Below are positions 16,901 through 32,700 of a stretch of DNA of 64,000 nucleotides, piece after piece. The DNA is taken from the NCBI RefSeq assembly GCF_009914755.1, contig NC_060945.1, one strand, 5' to 3'. A program made the position numbers and the translations under genes. This DNA is from the human T2T-CHM13v2.0 reference genome, Homo sapiens. Each line of letters opens with the position of its first letter. The first letter of the stretch is position 1. The notes beneath the pieces are model-generated. The model did not search any database and was not told the DNA's origin. It saw only the letters and a program-made list of their open reading frames with translations.

Positions 16901-19900
16901 ACTACATCAAATATATATTTTATTCTGGACAAAAAATATCAAAGTACACCAGACATATTTTCTATAGTGTACATAAAATATCAAAGTACCCAAAGCATGT
17001 ATTATATACTGTACATAAAATATGAAAGTACATCAAATATATATTTTATTCTGTACATAAAATATCAAAGTACACCAGATATATATTCTATAGTGTACAT
17101 AAAATATCAAAAGTACCCAAACTATACATTATAAACTGTACATAAAATATGAACTTACATCAAATATATATTATATTAGGTACATAAAATATGAAAGTAC
17201 ATCAAATATAGATTATATACTGTACATTAAATACCAAAGTACCCCAAATATATATTTTATACTCTACATGTAATATCAAAGTTCACACACTATATATTAT
17301 ATACTGTACATAAAATATCAAAGTACCCAAGGTATATATTCTATACTGTACAAAAAACATCAAAGTACCCAAAGCATGTATTATATACTGTACATAAAAT
17401 ATGAAAGTACATCAAATATATATTTTATTCTGTACATAAAATATCAAAGTACACCAGATATATATTCTATAGTGTATATAAAATATCAAAGTACCTAAAC
17501 TATACATTATATACTGTACATAAAATATGAAATTACATCAAATATATATTATATTAGGTACATAAAATATGAAAGTACATCAAATATAGATTATATACTG
17601 TACATAAAATATCAAAGTACCCCAAAGATATATTATATACTCTACATGAAATATCAAAGTTCACAAACTATATATTATATACTGTACATAAAATATCAAA
17701 GTACCCAAGGTATATATTCTATACTGTACAAAAAATATCAAAGTACCCAAAGCATGTATTATATACTGTATATAAAATATGAAAGTACATCAAATATATA
17801 TTTTATTCTGTACATAAAATATCAAAGTACACCAGATATATATTCTATAGTGTACATAAAATAACAAAGTACACAAACTATAAATTATATACTGTACATA
17901 AAATATGAAATTACATCAAATATATATTAGGTACATAAAATATGAAAGTACATCAAATATAGATTATATACTGTACATATAATATCAATGTACCCCAAAT
18001 ATATATTTTATACTCTACATGAAATATCAAAGTTCACAAACCATATATTATATACTGTACATAAAATATCAAAGTACCCAAGGTATATATTCTATACTAT
18101 ACAAAAAATATCAAAGTACCCAAAGCATGTATTATATACTGTACATAAAATATGAAAGTACATCAAATATATATTTTATTCTTTACATAATATATCAAAG
18201 TACACCAGATATATATTCTATAGTGTACATAAAATATCAAAGTACCCAAACTATACATTATATACTGTACATAAAATATGAGATTACATCAAATATATAT
18301 TATATTAGGTACATAAAATATGAAAGTACATCAGATATAGATTATATACTGTACATAAAATATCAAAGTACCCCAAATATATATTATATACTCTACATGA
18401 AATATCAAAGTTCACAAACTATATATTATATAATGTACATAAAATATCAAAGTACACAAGGTATATATTCTATACTGTACAAAAAATATCAAAGTACCCA
18501 AAGCATGTATTATATACTGTACATAAAATATGAAAGCACATCAAATATATATTTTATTCTGTACATAAAACATCAAAGTACACCAGATATATATTCTATA
18601 CTGTACAAAAAATATCAAAGTACCCAAAGCATGTATTATATACTGTACATAAAATATGAAATTACATCAAATATATATTATATTAGGTACATAAAATATG
18701 AAAGCACATCAAATATAGATTATATACTGTACATTAAATACCAAAGTAACACAAATATATATTTTATACTGTACATCAAATATCAAAGTTCACAAACTAT
18801 ATATTATATACTGTACATAAAATATCAAAGTACCCAAGGTATATATTCTATACTGTACAAAAAATATCAAAGTACCCAAAGCATGTATTATATACTTTAC
18901 ATAAAATATGAAAGTACATCAAATATATATTTTATTCTGTCCATAAAATATCAAAGTACACCAGATATATATTCTATAGTGTACATAAAATATCAAAGTA
19001 CCCAAACTATACATTACATACTGTACATAAAATATGAGATTACATCAAATATATATAATATTAGCTACATAAAATATGAAAGTACTTGAGATATAGATTA
19101 TATACTGTACATAAAATATCAAAGTACCCCAAATATATATTATATTCTCTACATGAAATATCAAAGTTCACAAACTATATATTATATACTGTACATAAAA
19201 TATCAAATTACCCATGGTATATATTCTATACTGTACAAAAAATATCAAAGTACCCAAAGCATGTATTATATACTGTATACAAAATATGAAACTACATTAA
19301 ATATATATTTTATTCTGTACATAAAATATCAAAGTACACCAGATATATATTCTATAGTGTACATAAAATAACAAAGTACACAAACTATAAATTATATACT
19401 GTACATAAAATATGAAATTTCATCAAATATATATTAGGTACATAAAATATGAAAGTACATCAAATATAGATTATATACTGTACATAAAATATCAATGTAC
19501 CCCAAATATATATTTTATACTCTACATGAAATATCAAAGTTCACAAACCATATATTATATACTGTACATAAAATATCAAAGTACCCAAGGTATATATTCT
19601 ATACTATACAAAAAATATCAAAGTACCCAAAGCATGTATTATATACTGTACATAAAATATGAAAGTACATCAAATATATATTTTATTCTGTACACAAAAT
19701 ATCAAAGTACACCAGATATATATTCTATAGTGTACATAAAATATCAAAGTACCCAAACTATACATTATACACTGTACATAAAATATGAGATTACATCAAA
19801 TATATATTATATTAGGTACATAAAATATGAAAGTACATCTGATATAGATTATATACCGTACATAAAATATCAAAGTACGCCAAATATATATTATATACTC

Positions 19901-22900
19901 TACATGAAATATCAAAGTTCACAAACTATATATTATATACTGTACATAAAATATCAAAGTACCCAAGGTATATATTCTATACTGTACAAAAAATATCAAA
20001 GTACCCAAAGCATGTATTATATACTGTACATAAAATATGAAAGTACATCAAATATATATTTTATTCTGTACATAAAATATCAAAGTACACCAGATATATA
20101 TTCTATAGTGTACATAAAATAACAAAGTACACAAACCATAAATTATATACTGTACATAAAATATGACATTACATCAAATATATATTAGGTACATAAAATA
20201 TGAAAGTACATCAAATATAGATTATATACTGTACATAAAATATCAATGTACCCCAAATATATATTTTATACTCTACATGAAATATCAAAGTTCACAAACT
20301 ATATATTATATACTGTACATAAAATATCAAAGTACCCAAGGTATATATTCTATACTGTACAAAAGATATCAAAGTACCGAAAGCACGTATTATATACTGT
20401 ACATAAAATATGAAAGTACATCAAATATATATTTTATTCTGTACATAAAATATCAAAGTACACCAGATATATATTCTATAGTGTACATAAAATATCATAC
20501 TACCCAAACTATTTATTATATACTGTACATAAAATATGAAATTACATCAAATATATATTATATTAGGTACATAAAATATGAAATTACATCAAATATAGCT
20601 TATATACTGTACATTAAATACCAAAGTACCCCAAATATATATTTTATACTGTACATGAAATATCAAAGTTCACAAACTATATGTTATATACTGTACATAA
20701 AATATCAAAGTACCCAAGGTATGTATTCTATACTGTACAAAAAATATCACAGTACCCAAAGCATGTATTATATACTGTACATAAAATATGAAAGTACATC
20801 AAATATATATTTTATTCTGTACATAAAATATCAAAGTACACCAGATATATATTCCATAGTGTACATAAAATATCAAAGTACCCAAACTATACATTATATA
20901 CTGTACATAAAATATGAGATTACATCAAATATATATTTTATTAGCTACATAAAATATGAAAGTACATCAGATATAGATTATATACTGTACATAAAATATC
21001 AAAGTACCCCAAATATGTATTATATACTCTACATGAAATATCAAAGTTCACAAACTATATATTATATACTGTAGATAAAATATCAAAGTACCCAAGGTAT
21101 ATATTCTATACTGTACAAAAAATATCAAAGTACCCAAAGCATGTATTATATACTGTATACAAAATATGAAAATACATTAAATATATATTTTATTCTGTAC
21201 ATAAAATATCAAAGTACACCAGATATGTATTCTATAGTGTACATAAAATAACAAAGTACACAAACTATAAATTATATACTGTACGTAAAATATGAAATTA
21301 CATCAAATATATATTAGGTACATAAAATATGAAAGTACATCAAATATAGATTATATAAGGTACATATAATATCAATGTACCCCAAATATATATTTTATAC
21401 TCTACATGAAATATCAAAGTTCACAAACCATACATTATATACTGTACATAAAATATCAGAGTACCCAAGGTATATATTCTATACTGTACGAAAAATATCA
21501 AAGTACCCAAAGCATGTATTATATACTGTACATAAAATATGAAAGTACATCAAATATATATTTTATTCTGTACATAAAATATCAAAGTACACCAGATATA
21601 TATTCTATAGTGTACATAAAATATCAAAGTACCCAAACTATACATTATATACTGTACATAAAATATGAAATTACATCAAATATATATTAGGTACATAAAA
21701 TATGAAAGTATATCAAATATAGATTATATACTGTACATATAATATCAATGTACCCCAAATATATATTTTATACTCTACATGAAATATCAAAATTCAGAAA
21801 CCATATATTATATACTGTACATAAAATATCAAAGTACCCAATGTATATATTCTATACTGTACAAAAAACATCAAAGTACCCAAAGCATGTATTATATACT
21901 GTACATAAAATATGAAAGTACATCAAATATATATTTTATTCTGTACATAAAATATCAAAGTACACCAGATATATATTCTATAGTGTACATAAAATATCAA
22001 TGTACCCAAACTATACATTATATACTGTACAAAAAATATGAAATTACATCAAATATATATTATATTAGGTACATAAAATATGAAAGCACATCAAATATAG
22101 ATTATATACTGTACATTAAATGCCAAAGTACCCCAAATATATATTTTATACTGTACATCAAATATCAAAGTTCACAAACTATATATTATATACTGTACAT
22201 AAAATATCAAAGTACCCAAGGTATATATTCTATACTGTACAAAAAATATCAAAGTACCCAAAGCATGTATTATATACTGTACATAAAATATGAAAGTACA
22301 TCAAATATATATTTTATTCTGTACATAAAACATCAAAGTACACCAGATATATATTCTATAGTGTACATAAAATATCAAAGTACCCAAACTATACATTATA
22401 TACTGTACATAAAATATGAAATTACATCAAATATATATTATATTAGGTACATAAAATACGAAAGTACATCAAATATAGATTATATAGTGTACATAAAATA
22501 TCAAAGTACCCCAAATATATATTATATACTCTACATGAAATATCAAAGTTCACAAACTATATATTATATACTGTAGATAAAATATCAAAGTACCCAAGGT
22601 ATATATTATATACTGTACAAAAAATATCAAAGTATCCAAAGCATGTATTATATACTGTATATAAAATATGAAAGTAAATTAAACATATATTTTATTCTGT
22701 ACATAAAATATCAAAGTACACCAGATATATATTCTATAGTGTACATAAAATAACAAAGTACACAAACTATAAATTATATACCGTACATAAAATATGAAAT
22801 TACATCAAATATATATTAGGTACCTAAAATATGAAAGTACATCAAATATAGATTATATACTGTACATAAAATATCAATGTACCCCAAATATATATTTTAT

Positions 22901-22969
22901 ACTCGACATGAAATATCAAAGTTCACAAACCATATATTATATACTGTACATAAAATATCAAAGTACCCA

Positions 22970-25900
22970 AGGTATATATTCTATACTGTAGAAAAAATAT
23001 CAAAGTACCCAAAGCATGTATTATATACTGTACATAAAATATGAAAGTACATCAAATATATATTTTATTCTGTACATAAAATATCAAAGTACACCAGATA
23101 TAGATTCTATAGTGTACATAAAATATCAAAGTACCCAAACTATACATTATATACTGTACATAAAATATGAAATTACATCAAATATATATTAGGTACATAA
23201 AATATGAAAGTACATCAAATATAGATTATATACTGTACATAAAATATCAATGTACAACAAATATATATTTTATACTCTACATGAAATATCAAAGTTCACA
23301 AACTATATATTATATAATGTACATAAAATATCAAAGTACCCAAGGTATATATTCTATACTGTACAAAAAATATCAAAGTACCGAAAGCATGTATTATATA
23401 CTGTACATAAAATATGAAAGTACATCAAATATATATTTTATTCTGTACATAAAATATCAAAGTACACCAGATATATATTCTATAGTGTACATAAAATATC
23501 AAAGTACCCAAACTATACATTATATACTGTACATAAAATATGAAATTACATCAAATATATATTATATTAGGTACATAAAATATGAAAGTACATCAAATAT
23601 AGATTATATACTGTACATTAAATACCAAAGTACCCCAAATATATATTTTATACTGTACATGAAATATCAAAGTTCACAAACTATATATTATATACTGTAC
23701 ATAAAATATCAAAGTACCCAAGGTATATATTCTATACTGTACAAAAAATATCAAAGTACCCAAAGCATGTATTATAAACTGTACATAAAATATGAAAGTA
23801 CATCAAATATATATTTTATTCTGTACATAAAATATCAAAGTACACCAGATATATATTCTATAGTGTACATAAAATATCAAAGTACCCAAATTATACATTA
23901 TATACTGTACATAAAATATGAAATTACATCAAATATATATTATATTAGGTACATAAAATATGAAAGTACATCAAATATAGATTATATACTGTACATTAAA
24001 TACCAAAGTACCCCAAATATATATTTTATACTGTACATGAAATATCAAAGTTCACACACTATATATTATATACTGTACATAAAATATCAAAGTACCCAAG
24101 TTATATATTCTATACTGTACAAAAAATATCAAAGTACCCAAAACATGTATTATAAACTGTACATAAAATATGAAAGTACATCAAATATATATTTTATTCT
24201 GTACATAAAATATCAAAGTACTCCAGATATATATTCTATAGTGTACATAAAATATCAAAGTACCCAAACTATACATTATATACTGTACATAAAATATGAA
24301 ATTACATAAAATATATATTATATTAGGTACATAAAATATGAAAGTACATCAAATATAGATTATATACTGTACATAAAATATCAAAGTACCCAAATATATA
24401 TTATATACTCTACAGGAAATATCAAAGTTCACACACTATATATTATATACTGTACATAAAATATCAAAGTACCCAAGGTATATATTCTATACTGTACAAA
24501 AAATATCAAAGTACCCAAAGCATGTATTATATACTGTATGTAAAATATGAAAGAACATCAAATATATATTTTATTCTGTACATAAAATATCAAAGTACAC
24601 CAGATATATATTCTATAGTGTACATAAAATATCAAAGTACCCAAAGCATGTATTATAAACTGTACATAAAATATGAAAGTACATCAAATATATATTTTAT
24701 TGTGTACATAAAATATCAAAGTACACCAGATATATATTCTATAGTGTACATAAAATATCAAAGTACCCAAACTATACATTATATACTGTACAGAAAATAT
24801 GAAATTACAGCAAATATATATTATATTAGGTACATAAAATATGAAAGTACATCAAATATAGATTATATACTGTACATTAAATACCAAAGTACCCCAAATA
24901 TATATTTTATACTGTACATGAAATATCAAATTTCACAAACTATATATTATATACTGTACATAAAATATCAAAGTACACAAGGTAATTATTCTATACTGTA
25001 CAAAAAATATCAAAGTACCCAAAGCATGTATTATAAACTGTACATAAAATATGAAAGTACATCAAATATATATTTTATTCTGTACATAAAATATCAAAGT
25101 ACACCAGATATATATTCTATAGTGTACATAAAATATCAAAGTACCCAAACTATACATTATATACTGTACATAAAATATGAAATTACATCAAATATATATT
25201 ATATTAGGTACATAAAATATGAAAGTACATCAAATATAGATTATATACTGTACATTAAATACCAAAGTACCCCAAATATATATTTTATACTGTACATGAA
25301 ATATCAAAGTTCACAAACTATATATTATATACTGTACATAAAATATCAAAGTACCCAAGGTATATATTCTATACTGTACAAAAAATATCAAAGTACCCAA
25401 AGCATGTATTATAAACTGTACATAAAATATGAAAGTACATCAAATATATATTTTATTCTGTACATAAAATATCAAAGTACACCAGATATATATTCTATAG
25501 TGTACATAAAATATCAAAGTACCCAAACTATACATTATATACTGTACCTAAAATATGAAATTACATAAAATATATATTATATTAGGTACATAAAATATGA
25601 AAGTACATCAAATATAGATTATATACTGTACATAAAATATCAAAGTACCCAAATATATATTATATACTCTACAGGAAATATCAAAGTTCACACACTATAT
25701 ATTATATACTGTACATAAAATATCAAAGTACCCAAGGTATATATTCTATACTGTACAAAAAATATCAAAGTACCCAAAGCATGTATTATATACTGTATGT
25801 AAAATATGAAAGAACATCAAATATATATTTTATTCTGTACATAAAATATCAAAGTACACCAGATATATATTCTATAGTGTACATAAAATATCAAAGTACC

Positions 25901-28900
25901 CAAAGCATGTATTATAAACTGTACATAAAATATGAAAGTACATCAAATATATATTTTATTCTGTACATAAAATATCAAAGTACACCAGATATATATTCTA
26001 TAGTGTACATAAAATAACAAAGTACACAAACTATAAATTATATACTGTATATAAAATATGAAATTACATCAAAAATATATTAGGTACATAAAATATGAAA
26101 GTACATCAAATATAGATTATATACTGTACATAAAATATCAATGTACCCCAAATATATATTTTATACTGTACATGAAATATCAAAGTTCACAAACTATATA
26201 TTATGTACTGTACAAAAAATATCAAAATACCCAAGGTATATATTCTATACTGTACAAAAAATATCAAAGTACCCAAAGCATGTATTATATACTGTACATA
26301 AAATATGAAAGTACATCAAATATATATTTTATTGTGTACATAAAATATCAAAGTACACCAGATATATATTCTATAGTGTACATAAAATATCAAAGTACCC
26401 AAACTATACATTATATGCTGTACAGAAAATATGAAATTACAGCAAATATATATTATATTAGGTACATAAAATATGAAAGTACATCAAATATAGATTATAT
26501 ACTGTACATTAAATACCAAAGTACCCCAAATATATATTTTATACTGTATATGAAATATCAAAGTTCACAAACTATATATTATATACTGTACATAAAATAT
26601 CAAAGTACACAAGGTATATATTCTATACTGTAGAAAAAATATCAAAGTACCCAAAGCATGTATTATATACTGTACATAAAATATGAAAGTACATCAAATA
26701 TATATTTTATTCTGTACATAAAATATCAAAGTACACCAGATATATATTCTATAGTGTACATAAAATATCAAAGTACCCAAACTATACATTATATACTGTA
26801 CATAAAATATGAAATTACATCAAATATATATTAGGTACATAAAATATGAAAGTACATCAAATATAGATTATATACTGTACATAAAATATCAATGTACAAC
26901 AAATATATATTTTATACTCTACATGAAATATCAAAGTTCACAAACTATATATTATATAATGTACATAAAATATCAAAGTACCCAAGGTATATATTCTATA
27001 CTGTACAAAAAATATCAAAGTACCGAAAGCATGTATTATATACTGTACATAAAATATGAAAGTACATCAAATATATATTTTATTCTGTACATAAAATATC
27101 AAAGTACACCAGATATATATTCTATAGTGTACATAAAATATCAAAGTACCCAAACTATACATTATATACTGTACATAAAATATGAAATTACATCAAATAT
27201 ATATTATATTAGGTACATAAAATATGAAAGTACATCAAATATAGATTATATACTGTACATTAAATACCAAAGTACCCCAAATATATATTTTATACTGTAC
27301 ATGAAATATCAAAGTTCACAAACTATATATTATATACTGTACATAAAATATCAAAGTACCCAAGGTATATATTCTATACTGTACAAAAAATATCAAAGTA
27401 CCCAAAGCATGTATTATAAACTGTACATAAAATATGAAAGTACATCAAATATATATTTTATTCTGTACATAAAATATCAAAGTACACCAGATATATATTC
27501 TATAGTGTACATAAAATATCAAAGTACCCAAATTATACATTATATACTGTACATAAAATATGAAATTACATCAAATATATATTATATTAGGTACATAAAA
27601 TATGAAAGTACATCAAATATAGATTATATACTGTACATTAAATACCAAAGTACCCCAAATATATATTTTATACTGTACATGAAATATCAAAGTTCACACA
27701 CTATATATTATATACTGTACATAAAATATCAAAGTACCCAAGTTATATATTCTATACTGTACAAAAAATATCAAAGTACCCAAAACATGTATTATAAACT
27801 GTACATAAAATATGAAAGTACATCAAATATATATTTTATTCTGTACATAAAATATCAAAGTACTCCAGATATATATTCTATAGTGTACATAAAATATCAA
27901 AGTACCCAAACTATACATTATATACTGTACATAAAATATGAAATTACATAAAATATATATTATATTAGGTACATAAAATATGAAAGTACATCAAATATAG
28001 ATTATATACTGTACATAAAATATCAAAGTACCCAAATATATATTATATACTCTACAGGAAATATCAAAGTTCACACACTATATATTATATACTGTACATA
28101 AAATATCAAAGTACCCAAGGTATATATTCTATACTGTACAAAAAATATCAAAGTACCCAAAGCATGTATTATATACTGTATGTAAAATATGAAAGAACAT
28201 CAAATATATATTTTATTCTGTACATAAAATATCAAAGTACACCAGATATATATTCTATAGTGTACATAAAATATCAAAGTACCCAAAGCATGTATTATAA
28301 ACTGTACATAAAATATGAAAGTACATCAAATATATATTTTATTGTGTACATAAAATATCAAAGTACACCAGATATATATTCTATAGTGTACATAAAATAT
28401 CAAAGTACCCAAACTATACATTATATACTGTACAGAAAATATGAAATTACAGCAAATATATATTATATTAGGTACATAAAATATGAAAGTACATCAAATA
28501 TAGATTATATACTGTACATTAAATACCAAAGTACCCCAAATATATATTTTATACTGTACATGAAATATCAAATTTCACAAACTATATATTATATACTGTA
28601 CATAAAATATCAAAGTACACAAGGTAATTATTCTATACTGTACAAAAAATATCAAAGTACCCAAAGCATGTATTATAAACTGTACATAAAATATGAAAGT
28701 ACATCAAATATATATTTTATTCTGTACATAAAATATCAAAGTACACCAGATATATATTCTATAGTGTACATAAAATATCAAAGTACCCAAACTATACATT
28801 ATATACTGTACATAAAATATGAAATTACATCAAATATATATTATATTAGGTACATAAAATATGAAAGTACATCAAATATAGATTATATACTGTACATTAA

Positions 28901-29745
28901 ATACCAAAGTACCCCAAATATATATTTTATACTGTACATGAAATATCAAAGTTCACAAACTATATATTATATACTGTACATAAAATATCAAAGTACCCAA
29001 GGTATATATTCTATACTGTACAAAAAATATCAAAGTACCCAAAGCATGTATTATAAACTGTACATAAAATATGAAAGTACATCAAATATGTATTTTATTC
29101 TGTACATAAAATATCAAAGTACACCAGATATATATTCTATAGTGTACATAAAATATCAAAGTACCCAAACTATACATTATATACTGTACCTAAAATATGA
29201 AATTACATAAAATATATATTATATTAGGTACATAAAATATGAAAGTACATCAAATATAGATTATATACTGTACATAAAATATCAAAGTACCCAAATATAT
29301 ATTATATACTCTACAGGAAATATCAAAGTTCACACACTATATATTATATACTGTACATAAAATATCAAAGTACCCAAGGTATATATTCTATACTGTACAA
29401 AAAATATCAAAGTACCCAAAGCATGTATTATATACTGTATGTAAAATATGAAAGAACATCAAATATATATTTTATTCTGTACATAAAATATCAAAGTACA
29501 CCAGATATATATTCTATAGTGTACATAAAATATCAAAGTACCCAAAGCATGTATTATAAACTGTACATAAAATATGAAAGTACATCAAATATATATTTTA
29601 TTCTGTACATAAAATATCAAAGTACACCAGATATATATTCTATAGTGTACATAAAATAACAAAGTACACAAACTATAAATTATATACTGTATATAAAATA
29701 TGAAATTACATCAAAAATATATTAGGTACATAAAATATGAAAGTA
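22970..29745 (+). repeat. Near-identical tandem duplication, period 3642 bp (about 1.9 copies)
   Basis: ORF pairs 23167/26809, 24522/28164 and 25781/29423 are all offset by 3642. Shared private variants: CAAATTATAC, GTACTCCAG, GGTAATTATT. Confidence 0.92.
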
Positions 29746-32700
29746 TACATCAAATATAGATTATACACTGTACATAAAATATCAAAGTACCCCAAATATA
29801 TATTATATACTCTACATGAAATACCAAAGTTCACAAACTATATATTATATACTGTACATAAAATAAAGTCCCCAAGGTATATATTCTATACTGTAGAAAA
29901 AATATCAAAGTACCCAAAGCATGTATTATATTCTGTATATAAAATATGAAAGTACATCAAATATATATTTTATTCTGTACATAATATATCAAAGTACACC
30001 AGATATATATTCTATAGTGTACATAAAATAACAAAGTACAAAAACTATAAATTATATACTGTACATAAAATATGAAATTACATCAAATATATATTAGGTA
30101 CATAAAATATGAAAGTACATCAAATATAGATTATATACTGTACATAAAATTTCAATGTACCCCAAATATATATTTTATACTCTACATGAAATATCAAAGT
30201 TCACAAACCATATATTATATACTGTACATAAAATATCAAAGTACCCAAGGTATATATTCTATACTATACAAAAAATATCAAAGTACCCAAAGCATGTATT
30301 ATATACTGTACCTAAAATATGAAAGTACATCAAATACATATTTTATTCTGTACATAAAATATCAATGTACACCAGATATATATTCTATAGTGTACATAAA
30401 ATATCAAAGTACCCAAACTATACATTATATACTGTACATAAAATATGAAATTACATCAAATATATTTTATATTAGGTACATAAAATATGAAAGTACATCA
30501 AATATAGATTATATACTGTACATAAAATATCAAAGTACCCCAAATATATATTATATACTCTACATGAAATATCAAAGTTCACAAACTATATATTATATAC
30601 TGTACATAAAATATCAAAGTACCCAAGGTATATATTCTATACTATACAAAAAATATCAAAGTACCCAAAGCATGTATTATATACTGTACCTAAAATATGA
30701 AAGTACATAAAATATATATTTTATTCTGTACATAAAATATCAAAGTACACCAGTTATATATTTTATAGTGTTCATAAAATATCAAAGTACCCAAACTATA
30801 CATTATATACTGTACATAAAATATGAAATTACATCAAATATATATTAGGTACATAAAATATGAAAGTACATCAAATATAGATTATATACTGTACATATAA
30901 TATCAATGTACCCCAAATATATATTTTATACTCTACATGAAATATCAAAGTTCACAAACCATATATTATATACTGTACATAAAATATCAAATTACCCAAG
31001 GTATATATTCTATACTGTACAAAAAATATCAAAGTACCCAAAGCATGTATTATATACTGTACATAAAATATGAAAGTACATCAAATATATATTTTATTCT
31101 GTACATAAAATATCAAAGTACACCAGATATATATTCTATAGTGTACATAAAATATCAAATTACCCAAACTATACATTATATACTGTACATAAAATATGAA
31201 ATTACATCAAATATATATTATATTACGTACATAAAATATGAAAGTACATCAAATATAGATTATATACTGTACATAAAATATCAAAGTACCCGAGGTATAT
31301 ATTCTATACTGTACAAAAAATATCAAAGTACCCAAAACATGTATTATATACTGTACATAAAATATGAAAGTACATCAAATATATATTTTATTCTGTACAT
31401 AAAATATCAAAGTACACCAGATATATATTCTATAGTGTACATAAAATAACAAAGTACACAAACGATAAATTATATACTGTACATAAAATATGACATTACA
31501 TCAAATATATATTAGGTACATAAAATATGAAAGTACATCAAATATAGATTATATACTGTACATAAAATATCAATGTACCCCAAATATATATTTTATACTC
31601 TACATGAAATATCAAAGTTCACAAACCATATATTATATACTGTACATAAAATATCAAAGTACCCAAGGTATATATTCTATACAGTACAAAAAATATCAAA
31701 GTACCCAAAGCATGTATTTTATACTGTACATAAAAGATGAAACTACATCAAATATATATTTTATTCTGGACAAAAAATATCAAAGTACACCAGACATATT
31801 TTCTATAGTGTACATAAAATATCAAAGTACCCAAAGCATGTATTATATACTGTACATAAAATATGAAAGTACATCAAATATATATTTTATTCTGTACATA
31901 AAATATCAAAGTACACCAGATATATATTCTATAGTGTACATAAAATATCAAAGTACCCAAACTATATATTATATACTGTACATAAAATATGAAATTACAT
32001 CAAATATATATTAGGTACATAAAATATGAAAGTACATCAAATATAGATTATATACTGTACATAAAATATCAATGTACAACAAATATATATTTTATACTCT
32101 ACATGAAATATCAAAGTTCACAAACTATATATTATATAATGTACATAAAATATCAAAGTACCCAAGGTATATATTCTATACTGTACAAAAAATATCAAAG
32201 TACCGAAAGCATGTATTATATACTGTACATAAAATATGAAAGTACATCAAATATATATTTTATTCTGTACATAAAATATCAAAGTACACCAGATATATAT
32301 TCTATAGTGTACATAAAATATCAAAGTACCCAAACTATACATTATATACTGTACATAAAATATGAAATTACATCAAATATATATTATATTAGGTACATAA
32401 AACATGAAAGTACATCAAATATAGATTATATACTGTACATTAAATACCAAAGTACCCCAAATATATATTTTATACTCTACATGAAATATCAAAGTTCACA
32501 AACTATATATTATATACTGTACATAAAATATCAAAGTACCCAAGGTATATATTCTATACTGTACAAAAAATATCAAAGTACCCAAAGCATGTGTTATAAA
32601 CTGTACATAAAATATGAAAGTACATCAAATATATATTTTATTCTGTACATAAAATATCAAAGTACACCAGATATATATTCTATAGTGTACATAAAATATC

